A stretch of DNA of 64,000 nt, taken from positions 124,001-188,000 of the IMG/VR virus record IMGVR_UViG_3300036770_003657, one strand, 5' to 3'. The notes beneath the pieces were generated by a model. It did no database searches and was not told the origin of the DNA. It saw only the letters and a list, made by a program, of their open reading frames with translations. The translations under genes were made by a program, and so were the position numbers. This document shows positions 22,501-31,601 of the stretch, piece after piece (positions within the stretch are counted from its first letter, which is position 1; each line of letters starts with the position of its first letter).

Positions 22501-22517
22501 CAGTAGCAGCACTATAA
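4515..22517 (+). CDS. Giant collagen-like (Gly-X-Gln)n fibre protein with repeated Trp-rich bead modules (6000 aa)
   Basis: Uninterrupted 18-kb ORF with Gly at every third residue in the tracts ([12 protein letters not shown]). Tracts are separated by 25 W(R/K)G.[WY]..Y..ND.V.(Y/F).G.S[WY]...P...YW modules, one of which holds a Gly-rich domain. Confidence 0.9.
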   Translation: MSVLKRYFQGVQGVQDGWRSIMIGEKGAQGTQGLQGDSAVGGFFLWEQTTPAVVWEIPHNLGARIVVVQLANTDGESIQEGLPGSPYIEFIDSSNLKVYFSTATAGYAAITSGGGLQGIQGMQGIQGIQGDLGPQGIQGRQGTQGLQGIQGLGFVWRGLWNINETYNFNDVVYYNGGSWVAKQPNSGQAAPFQGSAYWDIMTAQGPQGIQGVQGRFGPQGPQGPQGTQGLQGDLGIQGIQGIQGIQGRSIIWKGYWTDTDEYFIGDMVYYNGGSWVSTRDASLSDPNINKEPYVGSQFWDKSTSQGIQGVQGVQGVQGVQGVQGVQGVQGIQGVGFQWRGTWSATEEYDINHTVYYNGFSYVSLIRFNTGNRPDDPAHDDKWDIVAAQGVQGVQGVQGVQGVQGVQGVQGVQGVQGVQGVQGVQGVQGVQGVQGVQGVQGVQGVQGVQGIQGFSILWQGQWQNNVTYNTNHVVYYDGNSWIALEDGIEGIHPGPEDDNGYWGRMTAQGIQGLQGVQGVQGVQGVQGVQGVQGVQGVQGVQGVQGVQGVQGVQGVQGVQGVQGVQGVQGVQGVQGVQGVQGVQGVQGVQGVQGVQGVQGVQGVQGVQGVQGVQGVQGVQGVQGVQGVQGVQGVQGVQGVQGVQGVQGVQGVQGVQGIQGIQGLGFNWKGVWDPNTTYFTNDAVFYNGSAYNSQYDYNIGKRPDLTWDPEAWSMIASQGIQGLQGVQGVQGVQGVQGVQGVQGVQGVQGVQGVQGVQGVQGVQGVQGVQGVQGNQGVQGVQGVQGVQGVQGVQGVQGVQGVQGVQGVQGVQGVQGVQGVQGVQGVQGVQGVQGVQGVQGVQGVQGVQGVQGVQGIQGFGIIWRGLYDFDTRYYQNEVVFYNGASWIVKYTGVEGVTPGSENPTTVPGPEYNDTFWELLASQGIQGLQGVQGVQGVQGVQGVQGVQGVQGVQGVQGVQGVQGVQGVQGVQGVQGVQGVQGVQGVQGVQGVQGVQGVQGVQGVQGVQGVQGLQGVQGVQGVQGVQGVQGVQGVQGVQGVQGVQGVQGVQGVQGVQGVQGVQGVQGVQGVQGVQGVQGVQGVQGVQGVQGVQGVQGVQGVQGVQGVQGVQGVQGVQGVQGVQGVQGVQGVQGVQGVQGVQGVQGVQGVQGVQGVQGVQGVQGVQGVQGVQGVQGVQGVQGVQGVQGVQGIQGIQGRGPVWRGDWSSTEQYQTDDMVYYDGNTFIAITGDATTRFSGVETRPLLSPVGAGYPGDVNDTYWNRMTAQGVQGLQGVQGVQGVQGVQGVQGVQGVQGVQGVQGVQGVQGVQGVQGVQGVQGVQGVQGVQGVQGVQGVQGNQGVQGVQGVQGVQGVQGVQGVQGVQGNQGVQGVQGVQGVQGVQGVQGVQGVQGVQGVQGVQGVQGVQGIQGVQGVQGVQGVQGVQGVQGVQGVQGVQGVQGVQGVQGVQGVQGVQGVQGVQGVQGVQGVQGVQGVQGVQGVQGVQGVQGVQGVQGVQGVQGVQGVQGVQGVQGVQGNQGVQGVQGVQGVQGVQGVQGVQGNQGVQGVQGVQGVQGVQGVQGVQGVQGVQGVQGVQGVQGVQGVQGVQGVQGIQGFGLRWKGEYDPSTIYQQNDVVYYDGDSFIAVYPIDHYNAPFGQFSGQVPEFTPGDVNTTYWNRITAQGIQGVQGVQGVQGVQGVQGVQGVQGVQGLQGIQGLQGVQGVQGVQGVQGVQGVQGVQGVQGVQGVQGVQGVQGVQGVQGVQGVQGVQGVQGVQGVQGVQGVQGVQGVQGVQGVQGVQGVQGVQGVQGVQGVQGVQGVQGVQGVQGVQGVQGVQGVQGVQGVQGVQGVQGVQGVQGVQGVQGVQGVQGVQGVQGVQGVQGVQGVQGVQGVQGVQGVQGVQGVQGVQGVQGVQGVQGVQGVQGVQGVQGVQGVQGVQGVQGVQGVQGVQGVQGIQGFGIIWRGMYDFTTRYYQNEVVFYNGASWIVRYTGVEGLTPGIDDPTTVPGPEYNDTYWELLASQGIQGLQGVQGVQGVQGVQGVQGVQGVQGVQGVQGVQGVQGVQGVQGVQGVQGVQGVQGVQGVQGIQGVQGVQGVQGVQGVQGVQGVQGVQGVQGVQGVQGVQGVQGVQGVQGVQGVQGVQGVQGQQGIQGLGFNWRGDWKVDEVYAKNDAVRYDGTSWVSLTKDNIGNNPRLTEGVEWDVIAAQGVQGVQGIQGVQGVQGVQGVQGVQGVQGVQGIQGFSFVWRGEYDHTADYQQNDVVYYNGSSFVAIWPINFYDVIGSQFSGEVPEVIGVYGEPGTLNSTYWARMSAQGVQGVQGVQGVQGVQGVQGVQGVQGVQGVQGVQGVQGVQGVQGVQGVQGVQGVQGVQGVQGVQGVQGVQGVQGVQGVQGNQGVQGVQGVQGVQGVQGVQGVQGVQGVQGVQGVQGVQGVQGVQGVQGVQGVQGVQGVQGVQGVQGVQGVQGVQGVQGVQGVQGIQGVQGVQGVQGIQGFGIIWRGYYDFNTTYFQNEVVFYDGNSWIVKYTGVEGVPTGISNPAAVPGPTDIDTWWERLSSQGIQGLQGVQGVQGVQGVQGVQGVQGVQGVQGVQGVQGVQGVQGVQGVQGVQGVQGVQGVQGVQGVQGVQGVQGVQGVQGVQGVQGVQGVQGVQGVQGVQGVQGVQGVQGVQGVQGVQGVQGVQGVQGVQGVQGVQGVQGIQGIQGGQGIQGVQGVQGVQGVQGVQGVQGVQGVQGVQGVQGVQGVQGVQGVQGVQGVQGVQGVQGVQGVQGVQGVQGVQGVQGVQGVQGVQGVQGVQGVQGVQGQQGIQGGGVTWKGIWNSTTNYIENDAVFYNGNSWISVLEPNIDNVPNLMSIYWDMLASQGIQGLQGVQGVQGVQGVQGVQGVQGVQGVQGVQGVQGVQGVQGVQGVQGVQGVQGVQGVQGVQGVQGVQGVQGVQGVQGVQGVQGVQGVQGVQGVQGVQGVQGVQGVQGVQGVQGIQGVQGIQGVGLIWKGQWSDSVSYIANDIVFYDGSAYISVQSTNLNNNPTIEDRSTEFTTPGTYTWIAPPGVTSVSAVAVGGGSRPQIIGSGFSAKSYGGGGGGLGYKNNIPVVPGQAYTVVVGSGAATGTYGDGGDSYFISSITVKGGGATGSTGGTYVGDGGGSGGNGGAPNGNSSGGAGDGSATSGGGGGAGGYSGNGGVGGTMLVDSGNGANFGANGSGGGGAGGGGRNSHGGGGGGGVGIYGEGDSGLANTTAYVPNVGGWGGNGGSGGTTGGTGTQSGVNGGGGLYGGGAGGGWAGYGDAAGGGAVRIIWGAGRSFPSTNVSTASDFVETSTNVQYWQRFTSQGIQGVQGLQGVQGVQGVQGVQGVQGVQGVQGVQGVQGIQGVQGVQGIQGVQGVQGVQGVQGVQGVQGIQGVQGIQGVQGVQGVQGVQGVQGVQGIQGVSITWKGVYDNAAQYSQNDVVFENGSSWIAVYPYTSGTFSGIRPGETVGWITYWNMMTSQGIQGVQGVQGVQGIQGVQGVQGIQGVQGVQGIQGVQGVQGIQGVQGVQGIQGVQGVQGIQGVQGVQGIQGVQGIQGVQGVQGIQGVQGVQGIQGVQGVQGVQGIQGVQGVQGIQGVQGVQGIQGVQGVQGIQGGQGIQGVQGVQGIQGVQGVQGIQGVQGVQGIQGVQGVQGIQGGQGIQGVQGIQGVQGIQGVQGIQGFQGTKGEGFTFLGDWSPVTEYIKNDSVYYNGSSYTSTYGDITYAGGGFANINQRPGELVTISNVSLTASGVFSCDSVNLYKAEVIRVSGTVPAGFTIENPDSPAQAPTYYTAGQQVDNDYYVITYPNNPTTTFTLGRSQFSVDPISTTGTGSLSGLTFKAVPWLIISAQGIQGLQGVQGIQGVQGIQGVQGIQGVQGVQGIQGVQGVQGIQGVQGIQGGQGIQGVQGIQGVQGIQGIIGTPGGYTANYNWDSSTAVADPGVGNVTIERSWTDQTAGQVYINLDKYDADGQDRAAWVNAIKFFGSASSYYGVITIMPEGATNQRWTGVITVVNDLSTHFRLQLTFVDSQGSAPTVGQKLGVSFQPAGQQGIQGVQGIQGVQGIQGVQGVQGIQGGQGIQGVQGVQGIQGVQGVQGIQGVQGIQGVQGVQGIQGVQGVQGIQGGQGIQGVQGVQGIQGVQGVQGIQGVQGVQGIQGGQGIQGVQGVQGIQGVQGVQGIQGGQGIQGVQGVQGIQGVQGVQGIQGVQGIQGIQGSSITWRGQYSPTTVYNTNDVVFENGQSWVGVRGTGNSQTLTSVAHSGSGVFTCAAATLFVGDQVTVSGTNGGNVVLPGYSASGTNYYIIATNGTTQFTLSTTLNGSAATATTGTTVSGSMIFVVPTGFGNVRPNLTQTNHWNLMTSQGIQGVQGVQGVQGIQGVQGVQGIQGGQGIQGVQGVQGVQGIQGGQGIQGVQGIQGVQGVQGIQGVQGIQGITGLGITWKGTWTSSTVYNSNDVVFYNGNSWIGVRGTGNSVALSGVSIGASGVISCTATSLPAGFQVGDQVLVAGINSGTGALPSYSASGTYYYIIATNGSTQFTISTTAGGAAASTTSGTVSGAMTFTVATGFVNVIPNLTNTNHWNQMTSQGIQGIQGVQGVQGIQGVQGVQGIQGVQGRQGVQGVQGIQGVQGVQGIQGGQGIQGVQGVQGIQGVQGRQGVQGVQGIQGVQGVQGIQGVQGVQGIQGGQGIQGVQGVQGIQGVQGVQGIQGVQGQQGIQGSGFKWRGVWAPQFDYAVSDMVSHLGSTYVSLTQYLPQTLANVQIISAGKITCNTPTNALNPGDGLYAIGVKTGTGSITGYNSAGTNYFITTVSNNAGTTTLTLSANYNPYVTVSTTAGTSTGITFYAPTFVPTSFTKDQYDNGQSSVGAWQLAGSQGIQGVQGVQGVQGIQGVQGIQGVQGVQGIQGVQGIQGIQGASPTWRGTYTSGVAYNTNDMVFHNGNTYMAIYGTGNTVALSGVSIGANGTFTCTAASPALVVGNGVRIVGAASGTGSISGYTEGATYYITATNGSTSFTLSSTIGGAAVTTTAGTSTGLTFQHPVSFANQVPATGQPPVVNTTYWNQMTSQGIQGVQGVQGVQGIQGVQGVQGIQGGQGIQGVQGIQGVQGIQGIQGFSVTYRGQYNPATVYTQNDVVFENGQSWIAIWPITTSTFSNVRPGVTAGWANYWGNLTSQGIQGVQGVQGVQGIQGVQGRQGVQGIQGVQGVQGIQGVQGVQGIQGLSINWKGQFNPATAYSQNDVVFENGASWIAKWPYASGTFTGIRPGVTVGWATYWDQMTSQGIQGVQGVQGIQGVQGVQGIQGVQGVQGIQGVQGVQGIQGGQGIQGVQGIQGVQGVQGIQGVQGVQGIQGFSVTYRGIYNNATVYTQNDVVFENGQSWIAVYPITTGTFSGQRPSLANTTYWGQLTSQGIQGVQGVQGIQGGQGIQGVQGVQGIQGVQGVQGIQGVQGVQGIQGVQGRQGVQGIQGVQGVQGIQGVQGVQGIQGGQGIQGVQGIQGVQGVQGIQGFSVTYRGIYNNATVYTQNDVVFENGQSWIAVYPITSGTFSGQRPSLANTTYWGQLTSQGIQGVQGVQGIQGGQGIQGVQGIQGIQGGQGIQGVQGVQGIQGGQGIQGRQGIQGIQGGQGIQGIQGGQGIQGVQGVQGIQGGQGIQGVQGVQGIQGGQGIQGVQGVQGIQGGQGIQGIQGIQGFSVTYQGVYNNATVYTQNDVVFENGQSWIAIYPVTTGTFSGIRPGVTVGWATYWGRLSQQGIQGIQGGQGIQGVQGIQGIQGGQGIQGVQGIQGIQGGQGIQGIQGGQGIQGVQGVQGIQGGQGIQGRQGIQGQQGLQGTQGQQGIQGQQGTQGIQGQQGLQGTQGQQGIQGQQGTQGIQGQQGLQGTQGQQGIQGQQGTQGIQGQQGTQGLQGTQGQQGIQGQQGTQGIQGQQGTQGQQGIQGTQGQQGTQGVQGFQGFQGYQGVQGEQGIQGVQGIQGFQGFIGDQGTTGSQGTTGDTGLQGLPGPQGTDGQTGAQGPQGPQGLDGTIGTLSLATFKSVVAGAANFQDFQTAVAAL
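5430..22220 (+). repeat. Degenerate 9-bp coding tandem repeats (GG[T/C] [G/A]T[A/T/C] CA[A/G])n in about 25 tracts
   Basis: Directly visible, e.g. ggtgtacaa/ggtgtacag/ggcgtacaa; variation is mostly at third codon positions. Confidence 0.95.
21828..22043 (+). repeat. 72-bp higher-order repeat x3 ([24 protein letters not shown])
   Basis: Units at 21828-21899, 21900-21971 and 21972-22043 encode the same 24 aa. Confidence 0.85.
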
Positions 22518-22531
22518 GGAGATGATGAGTA

Positions 22532-25372
22532 ATGCCAATTAATTTAGATCAGACGGGCCCAGCGCATTTATTAAGCACCGATGAAGATGGTCTGATCCTT
22601 AATGGCAGTCCAGTCATCTCAAAGAGTATTCACGTTAGTGATATCGAACCAAAAACTTATTTTGGTGATACTAATACTAAATTACTTTGGCTAGATACTG
22701 GTGTACAAGGTGTTAGTAGCTTCCCTAACGGTGGAGCAGCCAATTGGATATTGAGAACTAATGGCAATGGCACAGTAAGTTGGATTCCACCTAGTACTTT
22801 AGATGCTACAAAGTTTCATTATAGAACTAGTACTAATAATACAGCACCAGATCCATTAGGTTTAGGTCCAGGATCTGGGTATGTACGATTTGTCAGGGAT
22901 GAAGAAATAGATCCAATGAGTACTGCTACAAAACTTGTAATTAGTAGTTATAGTGTTGCAGGAGATCCTAATTACATTATGGGAGCTACACCTGGAGTAC
23001 CAAGTTATAATGACATTGGTAGTTTTATAAATGGGTTAAGTGCTTATGGTAATAATAGCCGTAGAGGATTTATCAAGGTAGAAAAGGAAAACGATCCTAA
23101 TCATTTTCAAATTTATAGTTTTAGTACCATAGTAGATAGAGTAGGTTGGTTTGAAATTGATGTTGAAATCGTAAGAGTTGAGACTGGGGATGAAAATTTT
23201 CCTAACGATGAGCCAGTCAGTGTGAACTTTAGTGTGGCAGGCCCCGAGGCATTGACTCAAGATTTAAGTAATTATGTCACTTTTACAGGAACTCAAACAC
23301 TAACGAACAAAACTATAACAACACCAATAATTACAGAACCATCAATTAATAATAAGAGCACTATGCTCACTGATGTTGCTATTGGAAGTAATGGGACCTT
23401 CACCTGTAATGCATCTACTCTTAGAGTACATGATGCTTTAAGAGTAACAGGCCTAAATGCAGGCGATGGATCTATTACTGGATACGATGATGTTAGTGCT
23501 GTATATTTTATTACAGCGACAAATGGTACCACAAGCTTTACCCTAAGTGATACTTTAGGTGGCGTAGCCATAACCACAGTCGCAGGAACAGTTAGTGGAG
23601 CAATGACTTTTACAAATAATGTAGGTGGGATAATTTCTTTTGATGATGCTGATCCAACTAATGGTTTTGAAACAAGGTTAACTGTAATTAGTAGCAGTGC
23701 AGATCATAAAATTATACTTCCAGATGCAACTACTACTCTTGTAGGTATTGATAACACTCAAACTTTAACTAATAAGACTATCATTGAGCCAATTATACAT
23801 GATCCTGAAGTAATTATTACAGATGATGATGTTAATATAACCATAAGCAGTAATATTGCAACAAGTTTCAATAGCAGAATTAATACAGCTGATGCTAAAA
23901 CATATAGTTGGGCAACAAATTATTATTTTGATGGCACGAATTGGCTTAAAGATAATGATAATAGAGGTGGATGGCGTCTAAGTAAAGTAGCAGATATAAC
24001 GCTAGATGCTAATAATAAAATAATTTTAGGCTATGCTCCAATAGGTAGTAATGTAGAAGATCAAAAATTAATATTAAATGGAGATGGTCAGTTAGAATTA
24101 ACTTCAAATATAGCTAGTACAACTACAAGCACTGGTACACTGGTTGTTGATGGCGGTGTTGGAATTAGTGCCGATGTTAATATCGGAGGTGATACTAATA
24201 TAACCGGAACACTTGAAGCAGGAGCAATTGAAAGTACACCGATAGGTTTATCATTCAGATCAACTGGCGCATTTACTTCTTTGGCAGCAAATGGTATACT
24301 GCAAGTAACTGATGCTACAGCCAGTATAAATCAAACAACTGGAGCAGCAGTTATTACTGGTGGACTAGGGGTAGGAGGTGCTGCTTATGTAAATGGTCCA
24401 GTATACTTAAATGCTATAGATCCATTAGACGAAACAGAACTAACAGGGTATAGTTTAGTAGTTCAAAATCCACAGGCTAAAGTAAGGGTAGGGCCTAATT
24501 ATATTGATGGTGCTGTAGATTATATTGATATTTTGACACTTGAAGATAACCCAACAATTACTACTACCAGTGTAAATTTTACATTGGATAATTTACAAAG
24601 TGGTGGTAATATTACATTAACTGCTACAGATGCTTCAGTAATAGTAACTGCAAATACTGCCTCTACAGATAAAGTAACAGGCGCATTAAAAGTAGCAGGT
24701 GGTATCGGTGTTGAGTTAGATATTCATGCTGATGATATCTATGTATATGGACAAACTGGATTAAATGACACTGCCAGTCAAGTAGTAAGTCTAGCAGCAA
24801 CTCAAACATTAACAAATAAAACAATTAATGCCCCTACTATTGATGATGTAGTACTTACTGGCACAGTTAGTGCTAATAGTAGCACAGGTATCGCAGGACA
24901 ATTATTATCAAGCACAGGAACTGGTGTCGAATGGGTTAATCCTGTAACTAATAGTGCTGTAGTATTTTATAAAGCCAGTGATCAAAACTTTTTTACAGCA
25001 GCTACAGTTACATTGCCTGCTAGTCCAACTATTGTAGTAGGATCAGATTTTGGTGATATGAATGCTGCTGGTAGTGGAATCTTTACTTTTAGTGTGGCTG
25101 GTACATATCAAATCATTATCAATTACAGTGTAAGTGATACGGGTGGTGGAGCAACTTATCCAACAGTAGATTTTTGGGTAAGAAAAAATAGCGCAGATAC
25201 TATAAAGTATTGTCAAATTTTAACAAATGGTTCACGAAGAGGTGCTGTAACTGAATATATTGAGTTTGATGTAAATGATACTGTACAATGGTATGTCAAT
25301 AGCACATTACGAGTAAACGGCGGTAGCCCTAGTGCTACAGGCAGTAGATTTACTATTGTTCGAGTAGAATAA
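22532..25372 (+). CDS. Fibre/structural protein (946 aa) sharing modules with the giant fibre
   Basis: SD AAGGAG at 22516-22521; LWLDT motif, repeated TQTLTNKT, GGxG(I/V) beta-repeats, and an ATNGTTSFTLS module also present in the giant protein. Confidence 0.75.
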   Translation: MPINLDQTGPAHLLSTDEDGLILNGSPVISKSIHVSDIEPKTYFGDTNTKLLWLDTGVQGVSSFPNGGAANWILRTNGNGTVSWIPPSTLDATKFHYRTSTNNTAPDPLGLGPGSGYVRFVRDEEIDPMSTATKLVISSYSVAGDPNYIMGATPGVPSYNDIGSFINGLSAYGNNSRRGFIKVEKENDPNHFQIYSFSTIVDRVGWFEIDVEIVRVETGDENFPNDEPVSVNFSVAGPEALTQDLSNYVTFTGTQTLTNKTITTPIITEPSINNKSTMLTDVAIGSNGTFTCNASTLRVHDALRVTGLNAGDGSITGYDDVSAVYFITATNGTTSFTLSDTLGGVAITTVAGTVSGAMTFTNNVGGIISFDDADPTNGFETRLTVISSSADHKIILPDATTTLVGIDNTQTLTNKTIIEPIIHDPEVIITDDDVNITISSNIATSFNSRINTADAKTYSWATNYYFDGTNWLKDNDNRGGWRLSKVADITLDANNKIILGYAPIGSNVEDQKLILNGDGQLELTSNIASTTTSTGTLVVDGGVGISADVNIGGDTNITGTLEAGAIESTPIGLSFRSTGAFTSLAANGILQVTDATASINQTTGAAVITGGLGVGGAAYVNGPVYLNAIDPLDETELTGYSLVVQNPQAKVRVGPNYIDGAVDYIDILTLEDNPTITTTSVNFTLDNLQSGGNITLTATDASVIVTANTASTDKVTGALKVAGGIGVELDIHADDIYVYGQTGLNDTASQVVSLAATQTLTNKTINAPTIDDVVLTGTVSANSSTGIAGQLLSSTGTGVEWVNPVTNSAVVFYKASDQNFFTAATVTLPASPTIVVGSDFGDMNAAGSGIFTFSVAGTYQIIINYSVSDTGGGATYPTVDFWVRKNSADTIKYCQILTNGSRRGAVTEYIEFDVNDTVQWYVNSTLRVNGGSPSATGSRFTIVRVE

Positions 25373-25374
25373 TC

Positions 25375-25402
25375 TTGACAATGTAAAAAAAATCTATATA
25401 AT
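25375..25402 (+). promoter_or_regulatory. Sigma70-type promoter
   Basis: Perfect TTGACA (25375-25380), 16-nt spacer, perfect TATAAT (25397-25402), upstream of the glycosyltransferase operon. Confidence 0.7.
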
Positions 25403-25424
25403 ACTAGCATAGATAACTATAATT

Positions 25425-26168
25425 ATGCTAGAATTAGGAATGTATTGCCTATGTTATGTAGGCCGAGAACCAAAAAATTATCAGTATAACCAACACAACT
25501 TAATGTGCGGGTCTGTTAATTATAATCAATTTGACGTTTTAGAAATGCAACGTCGAGGATTCTTAATGGATCATGTGGGTGAAAACATAAGTCATATGAA
25601 TAATGACTTTGGTAGTCTTACAGGATTGTATTGGGTTTGGAAAAATGCTGATCATGACTACAAAGGAACTAATACATATCGTATTTTTTGGAATGAAGAT
25701 TTTAATCTTAGACCAAATACTGTATATATTCCTGAAGCAAAAGATATAGTTACTGCTATAAAAGGATATGCTCCTAATGTAAACAGTGTATATGATCATT
25801 TTAGTCATTGTCATAATAGTTTAGGGTGGCAATTATTATATGGACTTGCTGGTGATCGACGTATACCTATTAGTATAGACATGATTGATGACCTTAGGAA
25901 TTACAAATATCTCATTCCTTTCCACATGTTTACAGCAGATAGAGTAACCTTTAATCGTATTTGTGAAATATTGTTTCAAATATTGTTTGAATTTCATGCT
26001 AATTATCAATACTTTTTACCAGAAATTCATAAACGTACTCAACAAGTAAGATTTTATGATTTTTTTGGTGAAAGAATATTACATATTATCCTAACAAATA
26101 ACTATTATTTTTTAGGAAATACAGATATAAGACATTTAAATATACTGGATATAGACCATCATGCTTGA
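25425..26168 (+). CDS. DUF4422-like putative glycosyltransferase
   Basis: GENISHMNNDFGSLTGLYWVWKN resembles the DUF4422 signature (DNISxxNxxxxELTxxYWxWKN); later GERIL motif. Confidence 0.65.
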   Translation: MLELGMYCLCYVGREPKNYQYNQHNLMCGSVNYNQFDVLEMQRRGFLMDHVGENISHMNNDFGSLTGLYWVWKNADHDYKGTNTYRIFWNEDFNLRPNTVYIPEAKDIVTAIKGYAPNVNSVYDHFSHCHNSLGWQLLYGLAGDRRIPISIDMIDDLRNYKYLIPFHMFTADRVTFNRICEILFQILFEFHANYQYFLPEIHKRTQQVRFYDFFGERILHIILTNNYYFLGNTDIRHLNILDIDHHA

Positions 26169-27414
26169 AAGCAATCGTATACAACCACATTTAGAAAAAT
26201 ATGTAGCCAACCCAACTGATCCAGAGCTTAATTTTATGATGGCTTTGGAATATGATCAAACGGGACAACATGCAAGTGCTGTTAGTTATTATCTGCGTAC
26301 GGCAGAAAGAGCTGAAGATGATTTACTCAAGTATGAATGTTTGATTAGAGCCAGTATTTGTTTTGAAAGACAAGGTAGTAGAAATTTTACTGTAAAAGGA
26401 TTACTACAACACGCTGTGGCCATTATGCCTCATAGACCAGAAGCATATTATCATCTAAGTAGATTTTATGAGCATAAACACGATGACGGTCATTGGAATG
26501 ATACTTATATGATTTCTACTATTGGTGAAAGTGTAGCAGATAATATTAATAGTGGATTACGCACTGATGTTAGCTATTTAGGCAAAGATCATTTAAGATT
26601 CCAAAAAGCTTTAAGTGGTTGGAACTGTGGACTATGCGATGAAAGTCGTAGTATATTCAAAGATCTAATGCGTAGTAAGCAACTTCCAGATGATTATAAA
26701 AAAATTGTGTACAATAATCTTAAGTTTATGAGTGGATATGTAGAGATTCCATTTGATGCTTATGACAAATCTAAATATAATAAATTAAGATTTAAGTTCC
26801 CTGGTGCAGAAAACATTGATGTTAATTACAGTGAAGCATATCAGGATATGTTTGTGCTTAGTATGCTTAATGGTAAAAACTATGGAACATTTATTGAGGT
26901 AGGTGCCGGTAGACCGTTTTATGGAAACAATACAGCCTTATTAGAAAAACAATTTAATTGGAGAGGTATTAGTATAGACTTGGATGAAAGACAGGTCAGT
27001 ACAGAAAGAAGTACACCATTCTTAATTAAAAATGCTTTAGAAATTGATTATGGTAAAATTATTAGAGAATTAAATTTAGGCCCAGTAGTAGATTACTTAC
27101 AATTAGATTGTGATCCACCAGAAGTCACTTTTGAAATACTGAAAAAGATTCCTTTTGATGAATACAAGTTTAAAGTAATAACTTATGAACACGATTATTA
27201 TAATACAGACAAAAAAGAATTAAGAGAAGAGTCTAGAAGATACTTACAATCAAAAGGATATAAGTTAGTGGTAAATGATATTGCTCCTGATGAATGGCGT
27301 AACTATGAAGATTGGTATGTACATCCTGATTATATTGATAAAAGCATATTAGATCGTATGACAGACCTTAGAGATAAGGTTAAGAAGGGCGAAGATTACA
27401 TTTTAGCAGGATAA
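26161..27414 (+). CDS. TPR-repeat plus FkbM-like SAM methyltransferase fusion
   Basis: N-terminal helical TPR-like repeats (PHRPEAYYHLSRFYE); C-terminal YSEAYQDMFV..FIEVGAG..GNNT..LE..WRGISID..VDYLQLDCD. Confidence 0.7.
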   Translation: MLESNRIQPHLEKYVANPTDPELNFMMALEYDQTGQHASAVSYYLRTAERAEDDLLKYECLIRASICFERQGSRNFTVKGLLQHAVAIMPHRPEAYYHLSRFYEHKHDDGHWNDTYMISTIGESVADNINSGLRTDVSYLGKDHLRFQKALSGWNCGLCDESRSIFKDLMRSKQLPDDYKKIVYNNLKFMSGYVEIPFDAYDKSKYNKLRFKFPGAENIDVNYSEAYQDMFVLSMLNGKNYGTFIEVGAGRPFYGNNTALLEKQFNWRGISIDLDERQVSTERSTPFLIKNALEIDYGKIIRELNLGPVVDYLQLDCDPPEVTFEILKKIPFDEYKFKVITYEHDYYNTDKKELREESRRYLQSKGYKLVVNDIAPDEWRNYEDWYVHPDYIDKSILDRMTDLRDKVKKGEDYILAG

Positions 27415-27420
27415 TAGATA

Positions 27421-28200
27421 ATGATTCCAGTAATAGGTACTTGCGTAGTTTTTACAACACATTGGGTAGAACGATTACTAGCCAGTGTAGATTTTCCTGT
27501 GGAGAATTTTCTTATCATTAATAATAATGGTAAAGGTGAGATCACAGAAAATTTAGATGCATTGGCAAAAATTAAAAGACATTTTATTAAAAATGTTCAT
27601 GTTGTTCATATGCCCTGTAATTTAGGAGTTCCTGCTAGTTGGAATCTTATTATTAAAAGTTATATAATGGCACCATATTGGCTAATTGTTAACGATGATG
27701 TAGCATTTGGGCCTGGTATACTAAAGGAAATTTATGATGCAGTCACAGAGGATCCAGAGTTAGGTATAATTCATGCCAATGAAGGAGACTTTAATGTAGG
27801 TAGTTGGGACTTATTTGTATTAAGAGATCATACAGTGGCTAAGTTTGGATTATTTGACGAAAATATGTATCCTGCTTATTGTGAGGATGATGACTATATC
27901 ATGCGTATGATGCATGCCGGTGTTAAGAAAAAATTAGGATTAACTAAAAATTATCTTCATGGAGCAGGAGATAAAACAGAATATCATTTCCATGGTGGTA
28001 ATACACGTAGACACAATCCAGAAATTATGAAAAAGTTGGATGAGGCAAGAGATATGAATATAGAATATCTCACAGCCAAATGGGATAAGCATTGGCGTAC
28101 TTGTTGGCCTACTTTTGAACCATGGCAAGGTCAGCCTCATGTATTAAATGAACAAAGATTTGATTTAGAATTTTTACGTAAGAAATATATAGGATTCTAA
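27421..28200 (+). CDS. GT-A fold (GT2-like) glycosyltransferase
   Basis: NLGVPASWN, LIVNDDV (DxD-like) and GLFDENMYPAYCEDDDY motifs. Confidence 0.75.
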   Translation: MIPVIGTCVVFTTHWVERLLASVDFPVENFLIINNNGKGEITENLDALAKIKRHFIKNVHVVHMPCNLGVPASWNLIIKSYIMAPYWLIVNDDVAFGPGILKEIYDAVTEDPELGIIHANEGDFNVGSWDLFVLRDHTVAKFGLFDENMYPAYCEDDDYIMRMMHAGVKKKLGLTKNYLHGAGDKTEYHFHGGNTRRHNPEIMKKLDEARDMNIEYLTAKWDKHWRTCWPTFEPWQGQPHVLNEQRFDLEFLRKKYIGF

Positions 28201-28631
28201 ATTAGGTTTATAATTTGAAATACTGTTTGTAATTTATTTCTTATTGATTTATTGCTAAAACTACTACGTAATCCTTGATGCAATGGTTTAGGACTCATAT
28301 CTATATTAGTCCAACAATATCCACAGTGTTCATCACTTAGAATAGGAATAAATTCTTTTTCTACTACACATAAAAATGTATGAAAATTGAACACTTTATC
28401 ATTACTTACAAAAGTTTCTAAGGGTATACTTTTTATAATAGTAGGACTGAAACCTATTTCTTCTTTAATTTCTCTGTTTAGGCTTTGCCAAGGATTTTCA
28501 CTTTGTTGGGCAGTACCGCCAACCAAGCTCCAAGTACCTTTATGTTTACCATCTGCTTTTTGTAATAGTAAAACACGTTTTGATTCTTTGCTGTAAAATA
28601 AAGCGCCACTGCAAATAATTTGATCTTTCAT
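28197..28631 (-). CDS. NUDIX hydrolase
   Basis: Nudix box G-x5-E-x7-REIKEEIGF (GGTAQQSENPWQSLNREIKEEIGF). Confidence 0.9.
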   Translation of the reverse strand: MKDQIICSGALFYSKESKRVLLLQKADGKHKGTWSLVGGTAQQSENPWQSLNREIKEEIGFSPTIIKSIPLETFVSNDKVFNFHTFLCVVEKEFIPILSDEHCGYCWTNIDMSPKPLHQGLRSSFSNKSIRNKLQTVFQIINLI

Positions 28632-30256
28632 AAAACTAAACGCCAGCTACCTTTTCTATATTCGCCCTCAAAACTTTTTACCCAAGTTATACCATCCCAT
28701 TTGTATTGTACGTTTGTAGTTATATTAGTCTGGTATCTAATAATGTCACTGCTATTTGTACTATCAAAAACTACAGCCCAATTTGATCCATTCCATTCTA
28801 TAAGATCATTAGCATTGGCTATAAAATCACTGCCGTCTAAATTTTTCCAGGCATCAGGACCATCATCGTTTACATAAATTATATAGGTAATTATATCACC
28901 TTCTTCTGCATCTCTTAATAGTCTTAAAACTAATTTACCATCAATATTTAAATCTTTATAGCTTACAGATGTGTTATTAACAAAAACTTCTATGTCTCTA
29001 ACACGATCAAAATCTATTGTAGTATCAATTCTATTACTACTTACTTCAGCAATTAACGTTTCTCTCAACCCACCACCTATGTTGTTTATAATAAGATATC
29101 TTGTACCAGGTGTAGGAATTGGTAACCCACTATTGGGACCTGTTTCTGTAGGATCAATAATAGCATCAAAAGTTCCTGGACTAGTTCTATTTGATGTAGT
29201 TATATCTGTATTACTTGGGTATGTATCGCTATCCCAATTAATATCTAGTATATCACTGTCTAAAGGATTAACGGCTATAGTTCCAACTACATCAAATCCT
29301 GTACTTTGTAATAAAAATATTTTACTTTCCCCAGCTCTATAAGCATTAGGGTATTTGTCTAATATTTCATACCAATTAACAGGGTTCAAACTGTCTAATC
29401 CTGTTTCTCTTATTCTAAAATTTAAATGACCTTTTTCTGTTGGACTAAAAACTTTGGCTTGTCCATTGAATACTATAATATTATATGGTAGAGGCTCAAC
29501 AGCTATAGGTGAAGGTATTTGATCATACAAGCCAACACTGCCTTCATTGGGATCTTGAACAAATCCTTCAAGATATCCTTCAGCAGGTTCTGTAGAATTA
29601 TTATACATGGTCATAATAATACTAGAAACTACACCAAGTTTTTTAACTTTACTGGGTGGACTGATCCAAATTGGCATACTAAAAGTTAAACTGGCTATAT
29701 CTATAGGTGTATCATTACCAACTGGTATTTGACGATTACTAAAATCAACTTGGTCCAAGTATACTACACTTAAACTAGTCCAATCAATGTAATTGTCTGT
29801 TGTCTGTATTTCTAAACTTGGATTAAACAACATCAATATTTGTTCTAATATTTGTAATTTTTGTTCTGTATTAGTTGCCCATATATCTGCTTTAACTGTA
29901 AGTGTATAAGGACTAGGCATCAATCTTTCTACAGTATAGTTTGAACCTTCAGTGGTGGTATAAACACCATTTTCCACAGCACGTTCTCTAATATGTATTT
30001 TACCTACATATGTAGGATCAGCTAGACGTTCCTTATCCATCTGTAAACCAGTAATATAAACTGCTATACGTGGTGCACCATTAATTTTATTTTCACTATT
30101 CTGTTTGATAAGATTAGCTACTTGACGATCCATATCACCGTACATAACAGGTACTTTACTTAAACGACCGTCACCGAATTTTACTACAAAATTACTGAGT
30201 AATCTTATAGTCTGTACTAGATAACGTCTTATCTGACCATCGTAGAAAAATTGCAT
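28628..30256 (-). CDS. gp15: Tail sheath stabiliser/terminator (T4 gp15-like) with C-terminal extension
   Basis: N-terminal FFYDGQIRRY..KVPVMYG..PRIAVYITGL and PSPYTLTVKADIW; adjacent to gp14 and gp13. Confidence 0.7.
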   Translation of the reverse strand: MQFFYDGQIRRYLVQTIRLLSNFVVKFGDGRLSKVPVMYGDMDRQVANLIKQNSENKINGAPRIAVYITGLQMDKERLADPTYVGKIHIRERAVENGVYTTTEGSNYTVERLMPSPYTLTVKADIWATNTEQKLQILEQILMLFNPSLEIQTTDNYIDWTSLSVVYLDQVDFSNRQIPVGNDTPIDIASLTFSMPIWISPPSKVKKLGVVSSIIMTMYNNSTEPAEGYLEGFVQDPNEGSVGLYDQIPSPIAVEPLPYNIIVFNGQAKVFSPTEKGHLNFRIRETGLDSLNPVNWYEILDKYPNAYRAGESKIFLLQSTGFDVVGTIAVNPLDSDILDINWDSDTYPSNTDITTSNRTSPGTFDAIIDPTETGPNSGLPIPTPGTRYLIINNIGGGLRETLIAEVSSNRIDTTIDFDRVRDIEVFVNNTSVSYKDLNIDGKLVLRLLRDAEEGDIITYIIYVNDDGPDAWKNLDGSDFIANANDLIEWNGSNWAVVFDSTNSSDIIRYQTNITTNVQYKWDGITWVKSFEGEYRKGSWRLVL

Positions 30257-31560
30257 TATAAATCTGCCTTAGGTCTTAGAACCTTACTTAGAGCTTGACG
30301 TTCAGGAACATCTTCGCCATTAATTCTATTTACATTGACGTTGTTAATAAATCCAGTTTTCTGAGTAGTTCTAACCTGCTTCCAATATTCTGGATTCTCT
30401 AAAGGGTTCTTACCTTGGCTTGGAGTGATGGCAACATATTGTACATTGCCGTATTCTATTAGGTCATTGATTACATATGATACTAGATCATTGTAAACAC
30501 CTTTTGGTGTAGCAAAATTAGCACTAGTGTTAGTTAATGTATGACGTATAGCGTCTTCCATCTTAACCCATCTAAAACCATCAAACCTAAATAATCTATT
30601 AGGAGCAAAATCAATGCGTAAAAAATAATCGTTTTTATATGGGTTAGCAGGAAACATTATCCCGTGCCCAAACTGATATCCATTAGGTGGAAATCCATCA
30701 CCTAAAAGATATCCTGCGTATCCACTGCGTATAGCACGACCATGAATTCTACTGGCATCTAATCCTACAGTACTAGCATCAATATCCATTTGATCAGCAG
30801 TTTCAATTACAGGATTGCCCGTAGTTCTATCTATAGCCAATGTATAAAATTGTCTAGTTTCAAAGCCATTCATTGATGCATCTGCTTCAGCTTGGGCTAA
30901 TATGCTATCATTAATTTGTAGTTCTTGACCCTTAGTACTTAAAATATCACGTAGTGTTTGATCTGTATTTTCACCTGCTGGCTGATCTAGTATATCAGCA
31001 AAAGCTTGACCATCAACTATTTTCTTAAGTTTTAATCTATATAAATGTGGCCACCAAGTTTGACTAAATCCTTCACTAGCTCTAGCAACATCCTCAATAA
31101 CAAAATATCGAGGCAGTGCTATGTTATAATCATTTAGAGCAAACTGATCAACAAGATGAGGCAATTCTATTACATCACCACTTAATGGTTTTCGCCCCAC
31201 TGTTCGTATCCAGTCGTTTATATGTACAGTGGCAAATATAGTATCATTATCTATGAATAAGCCAAATTGACTTAGGTTAAAGTCTAAATTTTGTACTTGG
31301 TAATGACCTCTTATTTTATAAATGCTAGGGTCATATTTGCGATCACGATTCTCCAGTAGAAGTAAGTCTTGTATATTACTTTCTTTAGTTTCAGCATAGT
31401 GAGGCTGATCTGCTGTGGCATTTTCTGGAGCCGTATTCGAACCAACATATTTGTGTAGATAAAAATCTGTACCGCCAACTTGAAACATTTCACTGATTTG
31501 ACGATCAATGAATTTGTAGTCATTTCCACGTTCTGGACGATATAAACTTATGCGGGGCAT
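30256..31560 (-). CDS. gp14: Neck protein (T4 gp14-like)
   Basis: Synteny with gp13/gp15; DLLLLENRDRKYD, FGLF..DTIFATVH and GDVIELPHL motifs typical of gp14-like proteins. Confidence 0.6.
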   Translation of the reverse strand: MPRISLYRPERGNDYKFIDRQISEMFQVGGTDFYLHKYVGSNTAPENATADQPHYAETKESNIQDLLLLENRDRKYDPSIYKIRGHYQVQNLDFNLSQFGLFIDNDTIFATVHINDWIRTVGRKPLSGDVIELPHLVDQFALNDYNIALPRYFVIEDVARASEGFSQTWWPHLYRLKLKKIVDGQAFADILDQPAGENTDQTLRDILSTKGQELQINDSILAQAEADASMNGFETRQFYTLAIDRTTGNPVIETADQMDIDASTVGLDASRIHGRAIRSGYAGYLLGDGFPPNGYQFGHGIMFPANPYKNDYFLRIDFAPNRLFRFDGFRWVKMEDAIRHTLTNTSANFATPKGVYNDLVSYVINDLIEYGNVQYVAITPSQGKNPLENPEYWKQVRTTQKTGFINNVNVNRINGEDVPERQALSKVLRPKADL

Positions 31561-31564
31561 AAGG

Positions 31565-31584
31565 TATTTATCAGCAGATAAATA
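31565..31584. promoter_or_regulatory. Back-to-back divergent late promoters
   Basis: ATAAATA on the minus strand (31565-31571) for gp14 and on the plus strand (31578-31584) for gp13. Confidence 0.7.
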
Positions 31585-31601
31585 TCATGGAGACAGCAAA
31601 T

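Noticed and set aside
4515-22517. Exactly 6000 aa as a sign of an artificial or truncated ORF
   Set aside because: Natural start overlap, natural TAA followed by the next gene's SD, and synonymous divergence among repeats; treated as coincidence, though tract lengths still need long-read confirmation.
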